From Planctomycetales bacterium (GTDB taxonomy: Bacteria > Omnitrophota > Gorgyraeia > Zapsychrales > Zapsychraceae), in NCBI GenBank assembly GCA_005239675.1, contig SBBO01000041.1, positions 3,187-67,186 on the forward strand: a stretch of 64,000 nt of DNA, written 5' to 3'. Below the pieces are notes generated by a model, which searched no databases, was not told the origin of the DNA, and worked only from the letters and a program-made list of their open reading frames with translations. Position 1 is the first letter of the stretch, and every line of letters starts with the position of its first letter. The translations under genes and the position numbers were made by a program. This document shows, one piece after another, positions 47,794-56,791 of the stretch.

Positions 47794-49167
47794 ATGACCA
47801 AGTTATGGGGTAGCCGTTTTGCCAAAGGGACTGATGTCCTGGCAGATCAATTCAGTTTTAGCATTGCCTATGACCAGAATCTGGCCAAGTATGACGTCCA
47901 GGTAGGGATTGCCCATGCCCGCATGTTGGGCAAATGCGGAATAATTCCTAAGCAAGACGCTGCTCGTCTTGTATCGGGGCTGCAGAAGATTGCCAGCCAG
48001 ATTGCCGATGGCGTGTTTAAATTCGATCCCAAGGCAGAAGACGTGCATACCAATATTCAGACAGCGCTTAAAGGACTTATCGGTCCGGCTGCGGACAGGC
48101 TGCATACAGCCCGTTCGCGTAACGATCTTATCGCGCTGGATATGAAATTGTATTGTCGAGAGGAAATTAAGGTCATCATTGGTCTTATTGCGCAATTACA
48201 GAAGGCAATCGTTGGGTTCGCGGGCCGCCACCAAGACGTTATTATGCCGGCCTACACGCATCTGCAGTCCGCACAGGTTGTCTTGTTGGCGCATCATATG
48301 CTCGCCTATGTGGAGATGTTGGAACGCGACAAGGGGCGCCTCAAGGCCGCTGTAGCACATATGGACAGCATGCCCTTGGGGAGCTGCGCCCTCTCGGGGA
48401 CATCACTTCCTATTGACCGTGATTTTGTGGCGAAGACGCTTGGCTTCGCACGCCCAACGGCTAACAGCATGGATTCGGTTAGCGACCGCGATTTTGCTGT
48501 GGAGACATTAGCGGATGTGGCCATTTTGGGGATGCACTGCTCGCGCGTTGCGGAGGATTTCATTCTTTGGGGGACTAGTGAATTTAATTTCCTGGATATT
48601 GATTGGTCGTTGTGCACGGGGTCTTCCATTATGCCGCATAAAAAGAATCCAGATGTCTTGGAATTGATTCGTGGCGAGACCGCCAATCTCTATAGTCGCC
48701 TTAATGAGGTCTTAATTTTAATGAAAGGATTGCCCCTGACCTACAATCGCGACATGCAGCTAGACAAGCCGCCTTTATTTGAATCCGTTGATAAAATCAA
48801 GGTGATCCTGAAATTATTAACGAAACTTTTCACCGGGGTGAAGGTCAAGAAGCAGGATATTGTCCGACGGATTTATGACGAGGGATTCTTTTCCGTTGAT
48901 GTGATGGAATACCTTATTAAGAAAGGCGTTTCCTACCGCGCGGCGCATGATCTGGTGGGGACGATGATTAAAGGATGCGTTGACCAGGGCAAAAAGATTG
49001 TTGATCTAACCTTAGGCCAATTAAAGGCCTATTCGCCGTATTTTGAAGAAGATGTCAAAGCACTCTTGGATCCCAAGATTTCCGTTGAGAGTAAAAAGTC
49101 TTTTGGTTCCACAAATCCAAAATTGGTTCGACAACAAATAGCGAAGTGGAAGAAGTTGTTGGATTAG
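47794..49167 (+). CDS. argH: Argininosuccinate lyase
   Basis: LWGSRF, HTARSRNDL, and the fumarate-lyase signature GSSIMPHKKNPD. Confidence 0.9.
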   Translation: MTKLWGSRFAKGTDVLADQFSFSIAYDQNLAKYDVQVGIAHARMLGKCGIIPKQDAARLVSGLQKIASQIADGVFKFDPKAEDVHTNIQTALKGLIGPAADRLHTARSRNDLIALDMKLYCREEIKVIIGLIAQLQKAIVGFAGRHQDVIMPAYTHLQSAQVVLLAHHMLAYVEMLERDKGRLKAAVAHMDSMPLGSCALSGTSLPIDRDFVAKTLGFARPTANSMDSVSDRDFAVETLADVAILGMHCSRVAEDFILWGTSEFNFLDIDWSLCTGSSIMPHKKNPDVLELIRGETANLYSRLNEVLILMKGLPLTYNRDMQLDKPPLFESVDKIKVILKLLTKLFTGVKVKKQDIVRRIYDEGFFSVDVMEYLIKKGVSYRAAHDLVGTMIKGCVDQGKKIVDLTLGQLKAYSPYFEEDVKALLDPKISVESKKSFGSTNPKLVRQQIAKWKKLLD

Positions 49168-49169
49168 GT

Positions 49170-50429
49170 ATGCACGATTTTAAATTTAAAAATGGCGAGC
49201 TTTGTTGTGAGCAGGTCAAAGTAAGCGATGTGGCCGCACAGGTAGGGACACCCTTTTATCTCTACAGCCATCATACGCTTGTTGACCATTTTACAAAAAT
49301 TGAGCAGGCCTTTGCGCCTGTTAGGCCCTTGATCTGTTTTGCCATGAAGGCTAATGATAATTTAGCTGTTTTAAAGACGATGGCGAATCTGGGTGCAGGG
49401 TTTGATGTGGTCTCCGGTGGCGAGCTTAAGAAGGCCTTGCGGATTAACGCCGACCCTGCGAAGATTGTTTTTGCTTCGGTTGGTAAGACCGAAGAAGAAA
49501 TCGTTGCGGCAATTCAGGCTGGAATTCTTTTATTCAACGTGGAATCTTTGCCCGAACTAGAGGAGATCCATCGTATCGCGCAGCAATTGAATAGGCGTCC
49601 TCAGGTTGCTTTACGGATTAACCCTGACGTCAAGGCGTTGACGCATACCAAGATCACGACTGGCACGCTTAAAAATAAATTTGGGATCGATATGCGCACG
49701 GCCCGTAAGATCCTAAAATCCAGCGCTCGCTATCCTCACATCCAATTAAGCGGCCTGCATGTACATATTGGCTCGCAGATCACGACGCGTGCGCCGTTTA
49801 TTAAGGCGCTCACCAGGGTGCTGGAGTTTCTGGAGGTCTTGCGGCAGGACGGTATCAGGCTTGAATACCTTGATATTGGCGGTGGTATGGGGATTATTTA
49901 TAAGGATGAGCAGCCGCAAACGGCTAAGGATCTTGCTGGGGCCATCTTGCCGTATTTGCAGAAAACTGGTTTAAAGATTATTATGGAACCAGGACGGTTT
50001 ATCGTAGGCAACGCTGGTATTCTTGTCAGCCGGGTCCTGTATTTGAAGGATAACGGTTTCAAAAAGTTCTTGATTGTGGATGCGGGGATGAATGACCTTA
50101 TCCGTCCTGCGCTCTATGATGCATACCACGAAATTGTCCCCGTCGTGGTGACGCCCCGACGCAAGGTCAAGATGGATATCGTTGGGCCCATCTGCGAGAG
50201 TGGAGATTTTTTCGCCAAAGACCGGCTGTTTCCGGTCTTAAAGAAGGGGGACCTGGTCGCCGTGATGAGTGCGGGCGCCTATGGGTATGTGATGGCCAGC
50301 AACTACAACGTCCGTGGCCGTTCACCGGAGATTATGGTTAAAGGAAGCGCATTTGAGATTACCAAACAGCGGGAAACCTTCGAAGATTTAATGCGCACAG
50401 AGACACTGCCCACATTTCTCGCAGGATAA
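49170..50429 (+). CDS. lysA: Diaminopimelate decarboxylase
   Basis: GTPFYLYS, FAMKAN (PLP Lys), GLHVHIGSQ, DIGGG, EPGR, and CESGD. Confidence 0.9.
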   Translation: MHDFKFKNGELCCEQVKVSDVAAQVGTPFYLYSHHTLVDHFTKIEQAFAPVRPLICFAMKANDNLAVLKTMANLGAGFDVVSGGELKKALRINADPAKIVFASVGKTEEEIVAAIQAGILLFNVESLPELEEIHRIAQQLNRRPQVALRINPDVKALTHTKITTGTLKNKFGIDMRTARKILKSSARYPHIQLSGLHVHIGSQITTRAPFIKALTRVLEFLEVLRQDGIRLEYLDIGGGMGIIYKDEQPQTAKDLAGAILPYLQKTGLKIIMEPGRFIVGNAGILVSRVLYLKDNGFKKFLIVDAGMNDLIRPALYDAYHEIVPVVVTPRRKVKMDIVGPICESGDFFAKDRLFPVLKKGDLVAVMSAGAYGYVMASNYNVRGRSPEIMVKGSAFEITKQRETFEDLMRTETLPTFLAG

Positions 50430-50531
50430 ATTGAGGAGAAAAGATGGTCAGGGCAATGATTAAAAAATCTTTGATAGATATAAGCAGGAATTAGGGCAGA
50501 TCGTCATAGATACAAATCAATTGATATAGAA

Positions 50532-51353
50532 ATGAGAAAAATTGATTTTACCAAGATGTCAGGGGCGGGAAATGACTTCCTCGTACTGGAGGCCCACGCT
50601 GGATTGAATTACCCCAGGCTTGCCCTCAAGGCGTGCGCGCGCACGAACGGTATCGGTGCCGATGGGCTTTTAATCTTAGACAAGTCCATCAAGGCCGATT
50701 ATAAAATGCGGATTATCAACGCCAATGGGTCTGAGGCCGAGATGTGCGGTAACGGGATACGCTGTCTGGCGGCGTATATTAGCCGCAACAAGAAACCCCG
50801 GAAGAAAATGTTTACGATTGAAACACTGGCGGGGATAATTGAGGCGACCGTCATCGGCACCAGGCCCCAAGTTCATTTACCTGCACCAACGGGATATCGG
50901 GCGTGTATTCCGATTATGGTAAACGGCCACCAACGTCAAGTCAGTTATATTGATACCGGCGTGCCGCACACCATTGTCTTCGTCAATGATTTGGATAAAA
51001 TCGATGTTGCCACGATCGGCCGGGTCATCCGTTATCATGATCAATTTAAACCGCGGGGCACCAATGTGGATTTTGTTGAAGAGGTCAATAATCGGCTCGT
51101 CTGTGTCCGCACCTACGAACGTGGGGTGGAGGCTGAAACCAAGGCGTGTGGGACAGGAAGCGTTGCCACTGCCATCATCTTTTATCTGAGGATAAATCCC
51201 GATATTCGTTTTAAGAAGGCCGTGCAGGTCAAGGTGCGTACCATCGGCGGCGAAATTTTGGAGGTAACCTTTGATATCAACGAAGGGCAGGCGATAAACG
51301 TCTGGCTCAAAGGCAGCGCTAACTTTATTGCAAGGGGGGAATATTATGTTTAA
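50532..51353 (+). CDS. dapF: Diaminopimelate epimerase
   Basis: FTKMSGAGNDF, NANGSEAEMCGNG (Cys 1) and ETKACGTG (Cys 2). Confidence 0.9.
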   Translation: MRKIDFTKMSGAGNDFLVLEAHAGLNYPRLALKACARTNGIGADGLLILDKSIKADYKMRIINANGSEAEMCGNGIRCLAAYISRNKKPRKKMFTIETLAGIIEATVIGTRPQVHLPAPTGYRACIPIMVNGHQRQVSYIDTGVPHTIVFVNDLDKIDVATIGRVIRYHDQFKPRGTNVDFVEEVNNRLVCVRTYERGVEAETKACGTGSVATAIIFYLRINPDIRFKKAVQVKVRTIGGEILEVTFDINEGQAINVWLKGSANFIARGEYYV

Positions 51354-52236
51354 GGGATCCATTGTCGCTATCGTGACACCCTTTAAAGACGGTCTGGTGG
51401 ATGAAAAGAAATTTCGTGAATTGATTGAGTTTCAGATTGAAAATGGAACACAAGGCATTGTCCCCTGCGGTACGACAGGAGAGTCTCCGACCCTCACCCA
51501 TGAAGAACACTCTCGAGTGATCGAAATCTGTGTGGCCGCGGTCCGCAAGCGCATACCCGTTATTGCCGGCACCGGTTCGAATGCCACGGCAGAGGCAGTT
51601 GACTTGACCAGGCAGGCGGCCAGGGCCGGCGTTGATGGGGCGCTTGTGGTTACTCCTTACTATAATAAACCAACACAGAAAGGACTCTATCTCCATTTCA
51701 GGGCAATTGCCGAAAGTGTTTCTATTCCTATCATTTTGTACAATATTGAGGGAAGAACCGCCCGTAATATTGAGACCGATACGGTTGCGCGTCTCGCCCG
51801 TGACTGTAAGAATATCGTTGGCATCAAGGAGGCCTCGGGCAATGTGCAGCAGATCAAGGATGTTTATCGTGCCTGTGGGGAGAAGTTTATCATCCTTTCC
51901 GGAGACGACGCCCTGACCTTGCCGGTCCTGGAACTGGGGGGTCAGGGGGTTATCTCAGTTGTGGCCAATATCGTCCCCGCGGACGTGGCGGCCTTGATTG
52001 CCGCCTTTAATACGGGCAACAAACAAAAGGCCTCTGCCATCAATGATCGATTGATGCCCCTCATTAAGGCGATGTTCTTGGAAACGAATCCTATTCCCCT
52101 GAAGCATGCTATGGGTCTTTTGGGATTGTGTTCTGCACAGATGCGGCTTCCTTTATGTGCCATGGAGGAAGCTAATTTAGAGAAACTAAAAGTCGCGCTG
52201 CACGATTACGGATTGTTGAAAGGCGAGCTAGTATGA
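51346..52236 (+). CDS. dapA: 4-hydroxy-tetrahydrodipicolinate synthase
   Basis: GSIVAIVTPF, GTTGES, TPYYNKP, and IVGIKEASG (Schiff-base Lys). Confidence 0.9.
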   Translation: MFKGSIVAIVTPFKDGLVDEKKFRELIEFQIENGTQGIVPCGTTGESPTLTHEEHSRVIEICVAAVRKRIPVIAGTGSNATAEAVDLTRQAARAGVDGALVVTPYYNKPTQKGLYLHFRAIAESVSIPIILYNIEGRTARNIETDTVARLARDCKNIVGIKEASGNVQQIKDVYRACGEKFIILSGDDALTLPVLELGGQGVISVVANIVPADVAALIAAFNTGNKQKASAINDRLMPLIKAMFLETNPIPLKHAMGLLGLCSAQMRLPLCAMEEANLEKLKVALHDYGLLKGELV

Positions 52237-53006
52237 TTAATCTTTTGACTCCCGGGCCCAAAAGGGAAGGTCTGAATGCTGTCGAACGTATCCAGTTGGC
52301 CGTGAGCGGCTGCCAGGGCCGGATGGGCTCGCGCATCCTCCAATTGGCATTTGCCGACACTCAATTTAGCGTGAAGACGCTCTTGGAGCATACGCAGCAT
52401 CCGGGGGTTCAGGAGGTCATCAACGGCATTCCCATTCAAACACAAGTCGCCGCGCTAGAAGGCTGCGATGTCCTTGTTGAATTTACGACACCCGCGGCCA
52501 CCCTCGAGCACCTGAGGGCCTGCATCCAATACCACGTTAAGATGGTCATTGGCACAACGGGATTGAATCCAATACAGATAAGAGAAATTAAGAAGGCAGC
52601 GAGCAAAATTCCGATTATTTTTTCTTCGAATATGTCGGTGGGGGTTAATATCCTTTTTAAATTGACAGAACTAGCCAGCCAGAAAACCGCCAAGGCATAT
52701 ACCACTAAGATTACGGAAGCGCATCATATCCATAAGAAGGACACGCCGTCAGGCACGGCAAAGACCTTGGCGCAGATCACAGAGGCCGCATCAGGGTTAA
52801 AGGTGGCTGACATCCAATCCATTCGGGAAGGGGAGATCATCGGCGATCATGCGGTCATTTTTGAAAGTGCGGAGGATCTGATCACGATTTCTCATCACGC
52901 TAAGAATCGGGATATTTTTGCGAAAGGCGCCCTTGTTGCCGCCAAGTTCTTAGTAGGAAAGAGAAAGGGGTTGTTTGACATGCAGGATGTGTTGGGATTA
53001 GATTGA
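52233..53006 (+). CDS. dapB: 4-hydroxy-tetrahydrodipicolinate reductase
   Basis: AVSGCQGRMG, VIGTTG, NMSVGVN, and EAHHIHKKDTPSGTA. The N-terminal ~20 aa are atypical, so the start is uncertain. Confidence 0.8.
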   Translation: MINLLTPGPKREGLNAVERIQLAVSGCQGRMGSRILQLAFADTQFSVKTLLEHTQHPGVQEVINGIPIQTQVAALEGCDVLVEFTTPAATLEHLRACIQYHVKMVIGTTGLNPIQIREIKKAASKIPIIFSSNMSVGVNILFKLTELASQKTAKAYTTKITEAHHIHKKDTPSGTAKTLAQITEAASGLKVADIQSIREGEIIGDHAVIFESAEDLITISHHAKNRDIFAKGALVAAKFLVGKRKGLFDMQDVLGLD

Positions 53007-53030
53007 TGATAAAAAGTGGAGAAAGGGGAT

Positions 53031-54197
53031 ATGCCGGTGAACATTGAGTTTGCAGAGCGGCTTAAAGTGTTACCGCCGTATTTATTTGTGGAGATCGATA
53101 AGGCCAAGCGCGCCGCCCTTGCCCAGGGGCGCGATGTGATTAATCTAGGCATTGGAGATCCGGATTATCCGACCCCAAGACCCATCATTGACGCGATGAA
53201 AAAGGCACTGGATGACGGAAGCAATCATCATTATGCCCTCGACGCTGGGCTGCTAGGGTTGCGCCAGGAAATTAGCCGCTGGTTTCAGGGGCGTTTTAAT
53301 GTGGGGCTTGACCCTGACACGGAAATTTATCCACTGATCGGCTCCAAGGAGGGATTGGCACATCTGCCGCTGGGAGTTATTAATCCCAGAGATAAGGTGG
53401 CCTTGACGGACCCTGCTTATCCAGCGTACCGGCCCGCAATTATCTTTGCCGGCGGGAAAATTGTTGCTGTACCGCTTAAGGCAAGCCAAGGGTTCCTGCC
53501 TGATTTGGCCAAGATAGCGAAGATTAAAGATTTGAAGATGGTCGTGGTCAATTACCCCAATAATCCAACGGCGGTAACCGCATCGCGTGGATTTTATCAG
53601 GGGTTAGTTGATTTGGCACGCAACAAAGGTTTTATGATCATCTCGGATATGGCCTACGCACAGGTATATTTTGACGATGAAAAACCAATAAGCATCTTGG
53701 AGATTGATGGCGCCAAGGATGTCACCATCGAATTCCATTCGTTTTCCAAGACTTATTACATGACGGGTTGGCGTATTGGCTGGGCCTGTGGTAATTCTAC
53801 CCTCATTGCGGCCTTGGCTAAGATAAAGACGAATTTTGATTCAGGAATCTTTCAGGCCATTCAGCTGGCCGCGATTGCCGCGCTCAAAAGCCCGCCATCC
53901 TTGATCGAAGAGATGCGCGCGCTGTATCAGGAGCGTCGAGATTTGTTGATTAATGGGCTGCGCAATATTGGTTGGAAGATCACCTCTCCTAAGGCCGCGT
54001 ATTATGTCTGGGCCAAGATTCCTAGAGGGTTCAGTACCTCAATGGAAACAGCTAAGGCGTTTTTGGATCAAGCAGATATAGTGGTAACGCCGGGCAATGG
54101 TTTTGGTAGTGCCGGTGAGGGGTATGTCCGTATGGCCTTGACCGTACCCAAAGAGCGCCTCCAGGAAGCCGTGGAACGTTTAAGAAAGGTTTTGTAA
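53031..54197 (+). CDS. dapL: LL-diaminopimelate aminotransferase (class I aminotransferase)
   Basis: LPPYLFVEIDKAK....INLGIGDPDYPTP, NYPNNPT, and SFSKTYYMTGWRIGW (PLP Lys). It follows dapF-dapA-dapB, and no dapD/C/E genes are in the window. Confidence 0.65.
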   Translation: MPVNIEFAERLKVLPPYLFVEIDKAKRAALAQGRDVINLGIGDPDYPTPRPIIDAMKKALDDGSNHHYALDAGLLGLRQEISRWFQGRFNVGLDPDTEIYPLIGSKEGLAHLPLGVINPRDKVALTDPAYPAYRPAIIFAGGKIVAVPLKASQGFLPDLAKIAKIKDLKMVVVNYPNNPTAVTASRGFYQGLVDLARNKGFMIISDMAYAQVYFDDEKPISILEIDGAKDVTIEFHSFSKTYYMTGWRIGWACGNSTLIAALAKIKTNFDSGIFQAIQLAAIAALKSPPSLIEEMRALYQERRDLLINGLRNIGWKITSPKAAYYVWAKIPRGFSTSMETAKAFLDQADIVVTPGNGFGSAGEGYVRMALTVPKERLQEAVERLRKVL

Positions 54198-54198
54198 G

Positions 54199-54669
54199 TT
54201 GGCTATCGCCTATATCGGTTTGGGATCGAATTTAGGCGACCGCGCTGCCCATATCCAGACCGCTATTGACCTGTTACAGGAAATGGGAACGGTTATCTTG
54301 AAATGTTCGAAGATAATCGAGACTGATCCGGTGGGTGGGCCGGCACAAAATAAATTTCTTAATGCCGTTGTTAAGATCGAGACACCCTTATCTCCTTTTA
54401 AGTTGTTGTCCCAATGCCAGAGGATTGAACAGCGCTTGGGCCGGGTGCGTGATATCCATCATGGTCCGCGCACCATCGATCTGGATATTCTTTTGTATGA
54501 CCAACTGCTGGTGGACACGCAATCCTTAAGGATCCCACACCCGCGCATGCTGGAGCGAAATTTTGTGTTGGAGCCATTAAAAGAAATCGAACCTGATCTA
54601 TGCGGCTCTCTTATTGACCTTTTCTCAACTAAAAACATTAAAGAGGTCAATATTAGGCCTTTTTTCTAG
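54199..54669 (+). CDS. folK: 2-amino-4-hydroxy-6-hydroxymethyldihydropteridine pyrophosphokinase
   Basis: AYIGLGSNLGDR, GPRTIDLDILLY, and IPHPRMLERNFVLEPL. A TTG start follows the dapL stop directly. Confidence 0.85.
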   Translation: MAIAYIGLGSNLGDRAAHIQTAIDLLQEMGTVILKCSKIIETDPVGGPAQNKFLNAVVKIETPLSPFKLLSQCQRIEQRLGRVRDIHHGPRTIDLDILLYDQLLVDTQSLRIPHPRMLERNFVLEPLKEIEPDLCGSLIDLFSTKNIKEVNIRPFF

Positions 54670-54731
54670 AAAGAAAAGGTCTTTATATTGGGCTTCCACT
54701 ACGTTTTTAATTTGGAAAAGGCCAATAAGCG

Positions 54732-55580
54732 ATGCGCGTCATAAAATCCATTCAATCCCTTCAGCGTCTTATTCAGAAGGCAAAACGCTCCGGCGAGAGC
54801 ATTGGTTTTGTCCCAACGATGGGCGCCTTGCACCAAGGGCATCAGTCGCTCATCCGTTGCTGTCGTCGGGAAAACAAGATCACGGTCTTAAGTATTTTTG
54901 TCAACCCCCAACAATTTGGTCCCCACGAAGATTTTCTTCGTTATCCGCGACCCGGGCGCTTGGATAAAATGCTGGCGGAAAAAGAAAAGGTTGATATAAT
55001 ATTCACACCGACGGAGAAGACGATGTATCCCGACGGCTATCAGACTACCGTCATTGTTGGTGATAGGGCGCAAGGCATGTGTGGAAGATTTCGGCCGGGA
55101 CATTTTCAAGGAGTCGCGACTGTTGTTATTAAGCTTCTTCATATCGTGATGCCTGACCGTTTGTATCTAGGAGAGAAAGACGCCCAGCAGGTGGCTGTCT
55201 TAAGGCAGGTAGTTCGAGATTTAAATTTTCCCGTTACTATTAGGGTTTGCCCAACGGTTCGGGAAAAAGATGGTCTGGCCATGAGTTCCCGCAATAGGTA
55301 TTTGAGTGCCATCGAGCGCAACGAGGCAGCGGTTTTATACCACGCATTACAGGAGGCCCGTTTTCACATCAGGCAGGGGATGCGTAACGCGGGTACAATC
55401 TTAAGGAGGATACGTTCCCGTATCCAACGGCAAAGTTCGGCCACAATCGATTACATCGTCTGCGTTGATCGTGCTACGCTCAAGCCTTTGGTCACTGTCC
55501 ATGGCAAGGTCATGCTCGCCTTGGCGGTTCGGTTTGGTCGCACACGCCTCATCGACAATATCCTGGTGAATGTGCCATGA
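54732..55580 (+). CDS. panC: Pantoate-beta-alanine ligase
   Basis: GFVPTMGALHQGHQSL, SIFVNPQQF, FRPGHFQGVATVV, GEKDAQQ, and GLAMSSRN. Confidence 0.9.
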   Translation: MRVIKSIQSLQRLIQKAKRSGESIGFVPTMGALHQGHQSLIRCCRRENKITVLSIFVNPQQFGPHEDFLRYPRPGRLDKMLAEKEKVDIIFTPTEKTMYPDGYQTTVIVGDRAQGMCGRFRPGHFQGVATVVIKLLHIVMPDRLYLGEKDAQQVAVLRQVVRDLNFPVTIRVCPTVREKDGLAMSSRNRYLSAIERNEAAVLYHALQEARFHIRQGMRNAGTILRRIRSRIQRQSSATIDYIVCVDRATLKPLVTVHGKVMLALAVRFGRTRLIDNILVNVP

Positions 55581-56404
55581 TGCGTGTGCAGCGCAGGCTC
55601 AAGATTGGTATTGTTGGCTGTGGTGCGATCGGCGGTGGGATTGCCCGCTATATCCGAAAGAGATTAAAAAAAGATTGTCAATTGACGGGTCTTTATGATA
55701 TTGAATATGGGAAGGCAGAGCGCCTCAGACGGGAACTTCGCCTTCGTGGTGTTGAAAAAAGTTCTTTGAAATCGCTTATCCAACGTTGCGATCTTATGAT
55801 TGAAGCGGTTAATAGTCTTAGCACCCGTTCTATTATTTATGAGGCCCTAGCACGTCGTAGGGATGTGATTGCCATGAGCGTTGGAAAACTTTTACGCACC
55901 CCAGGTCTTTTTCGGGTGGCGCGTAAGCATCATTGTCACCTCTTGTTGCCTTCTGGGGCTGTTGCTGGGATTGACGCCATCAAGGCGGCCGCCCTGGGGC
56001 GCATTCGTCAGATTCGTCTTACCACACGAAAACCGTTGGAAAGTTTTATTCATAATCCATATCTTAAGGAGCAAGGATTTGAGTTGGCCTGCATCAAGGG
56101 TGAGACAGTCCTTTTTGATGGCGATGTGGCGACGTGCGTCAAATTTTTTCCGCAAAATATCAATGTGGCCGCGACCATCGCCCTCGCCTCAGGCGCCCAG
56201 GATAAGATGCGGGTACGCATCGTGACTTCGCCGGATTACAAAAATAATTCTCATGAGATTGAGGTCATCGGTGATTTTGGAGAGATCACGACACTGACCG
56301 AGAATATCGTTTGTCCGGAGAATCCTAAAACAAGTTATCTGGCTGTCCTCTCCGCCATTCAGACGTTGCGGCAATTCTGCCAGCGCACATATATAGGGAC
56401 ATAA
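55577..56404 (+). CDS. nadX: L-aspartate dehydrogenase-like oxidoreductase
   Basis: N-terminal Rossmann KIGIVGCGAIGGGIA, LLPSGAVAGIDAIKAA, and a conserved NSHEIEV region. This is a family-level call only. Confidence 0.6.
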   Translation: MMRVQRRLKIGIVGCGAIGGGIARYIRKRLKKDCQLTGLYDIEYGKAERLRRELRLRGVEKSSLKSLIQRCDLMIEAVNSLSTRSIIYEALARRRDVIAMSVGKLLRTPGLFRVARKHHCHLLLPSGAVAGIDAIKAAALGRIRQIRLTTRKPLESFIHNPYLKEQGFELACIKGETVLFDGDVATCVKFFPQNINVAATIALASGAQDKMRVRIVTSPDYKNNSHEIEVIGDFGEITTLTENIVCPENPKTSYLAVLSAIQTLRQFCQRTYIGT

Positions 56405-56443
56405 CACGTATTCAACCGTAATCCAATGAAAGGAAGGGAACTC

Positions 56444-56695
56444 ATGGCTCAAAAAGTAGCAAAGGTAGGGATCAAGAGGGAAAAGGGTTATCTTTATTTT
56501 ATCGACAAAAGTGGCGATGTCTCCTGCGCAAAGATGGCCCGTGGCACTAAGAAGGGTGGTCAGTCCAAGAAGGTCGCTAAGGTAGGTGTAACGAAAAAAT
56601 CAGGATTTCTTTATTTTGTTGATAAACAAGGCGATGTCTCCTGCGCGAAGATGGTTCGCGGAGGGAAGAAACGAAAAGCAGCTAAAAGAAAATAA
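56444..56695 (+). CDS. Small, very basic protein made of two ~39-aa tandem repeats
   Basis: KVAKVGIKREKGYLYFIDKSGDVSCAKMARGTKKGGQSK is followed by KVAKVGVTKKSGFLYFVDKQGDVSCAKMVRGGKKRKAAK. AAGGAAGGG lies upstream of ATG 56444, and a terminator follows. Confidence 0.6.
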   Translation: MAQKVAKVGIKREKGYLYFIDKSGDVSCAKMARGTKKGGQSKKVAKVGVTKKSGFLYFVDKQGDVSCAKMVRGGKKRKAAKRK

Positions 56696-56719
56696 TTGAA
56701 TTTTTAATCTATGCAACGT

Positions 56720-56766
56720 CGCCATGCCGCGGGGGTCAGTCTTCACGGCATGGCGATTATTTTAAT
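56720..56766 (+). terminator. Rho-independent terminator ending the long biosynthetic run
   Basis: CGCCATGCCG (56720-56729) pairs with CGGCATGGCG (56746-56755), a perfect 10-bp stem followed by ATTATTTTAAT. Confidence 0.65.
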
Positions 56767-56791
56767 CCACCTACAATTTTTCCGCCATTTA

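Noticed and set aside
56711-56791. Upstream extension of the uvrA ORF ([27 protein letters not shown])
   Set aside because: It contains the 10-bp-stem terminator of the preceding gene. UvrA homology begins at [16 protein letters not shown] (ATG 56792).
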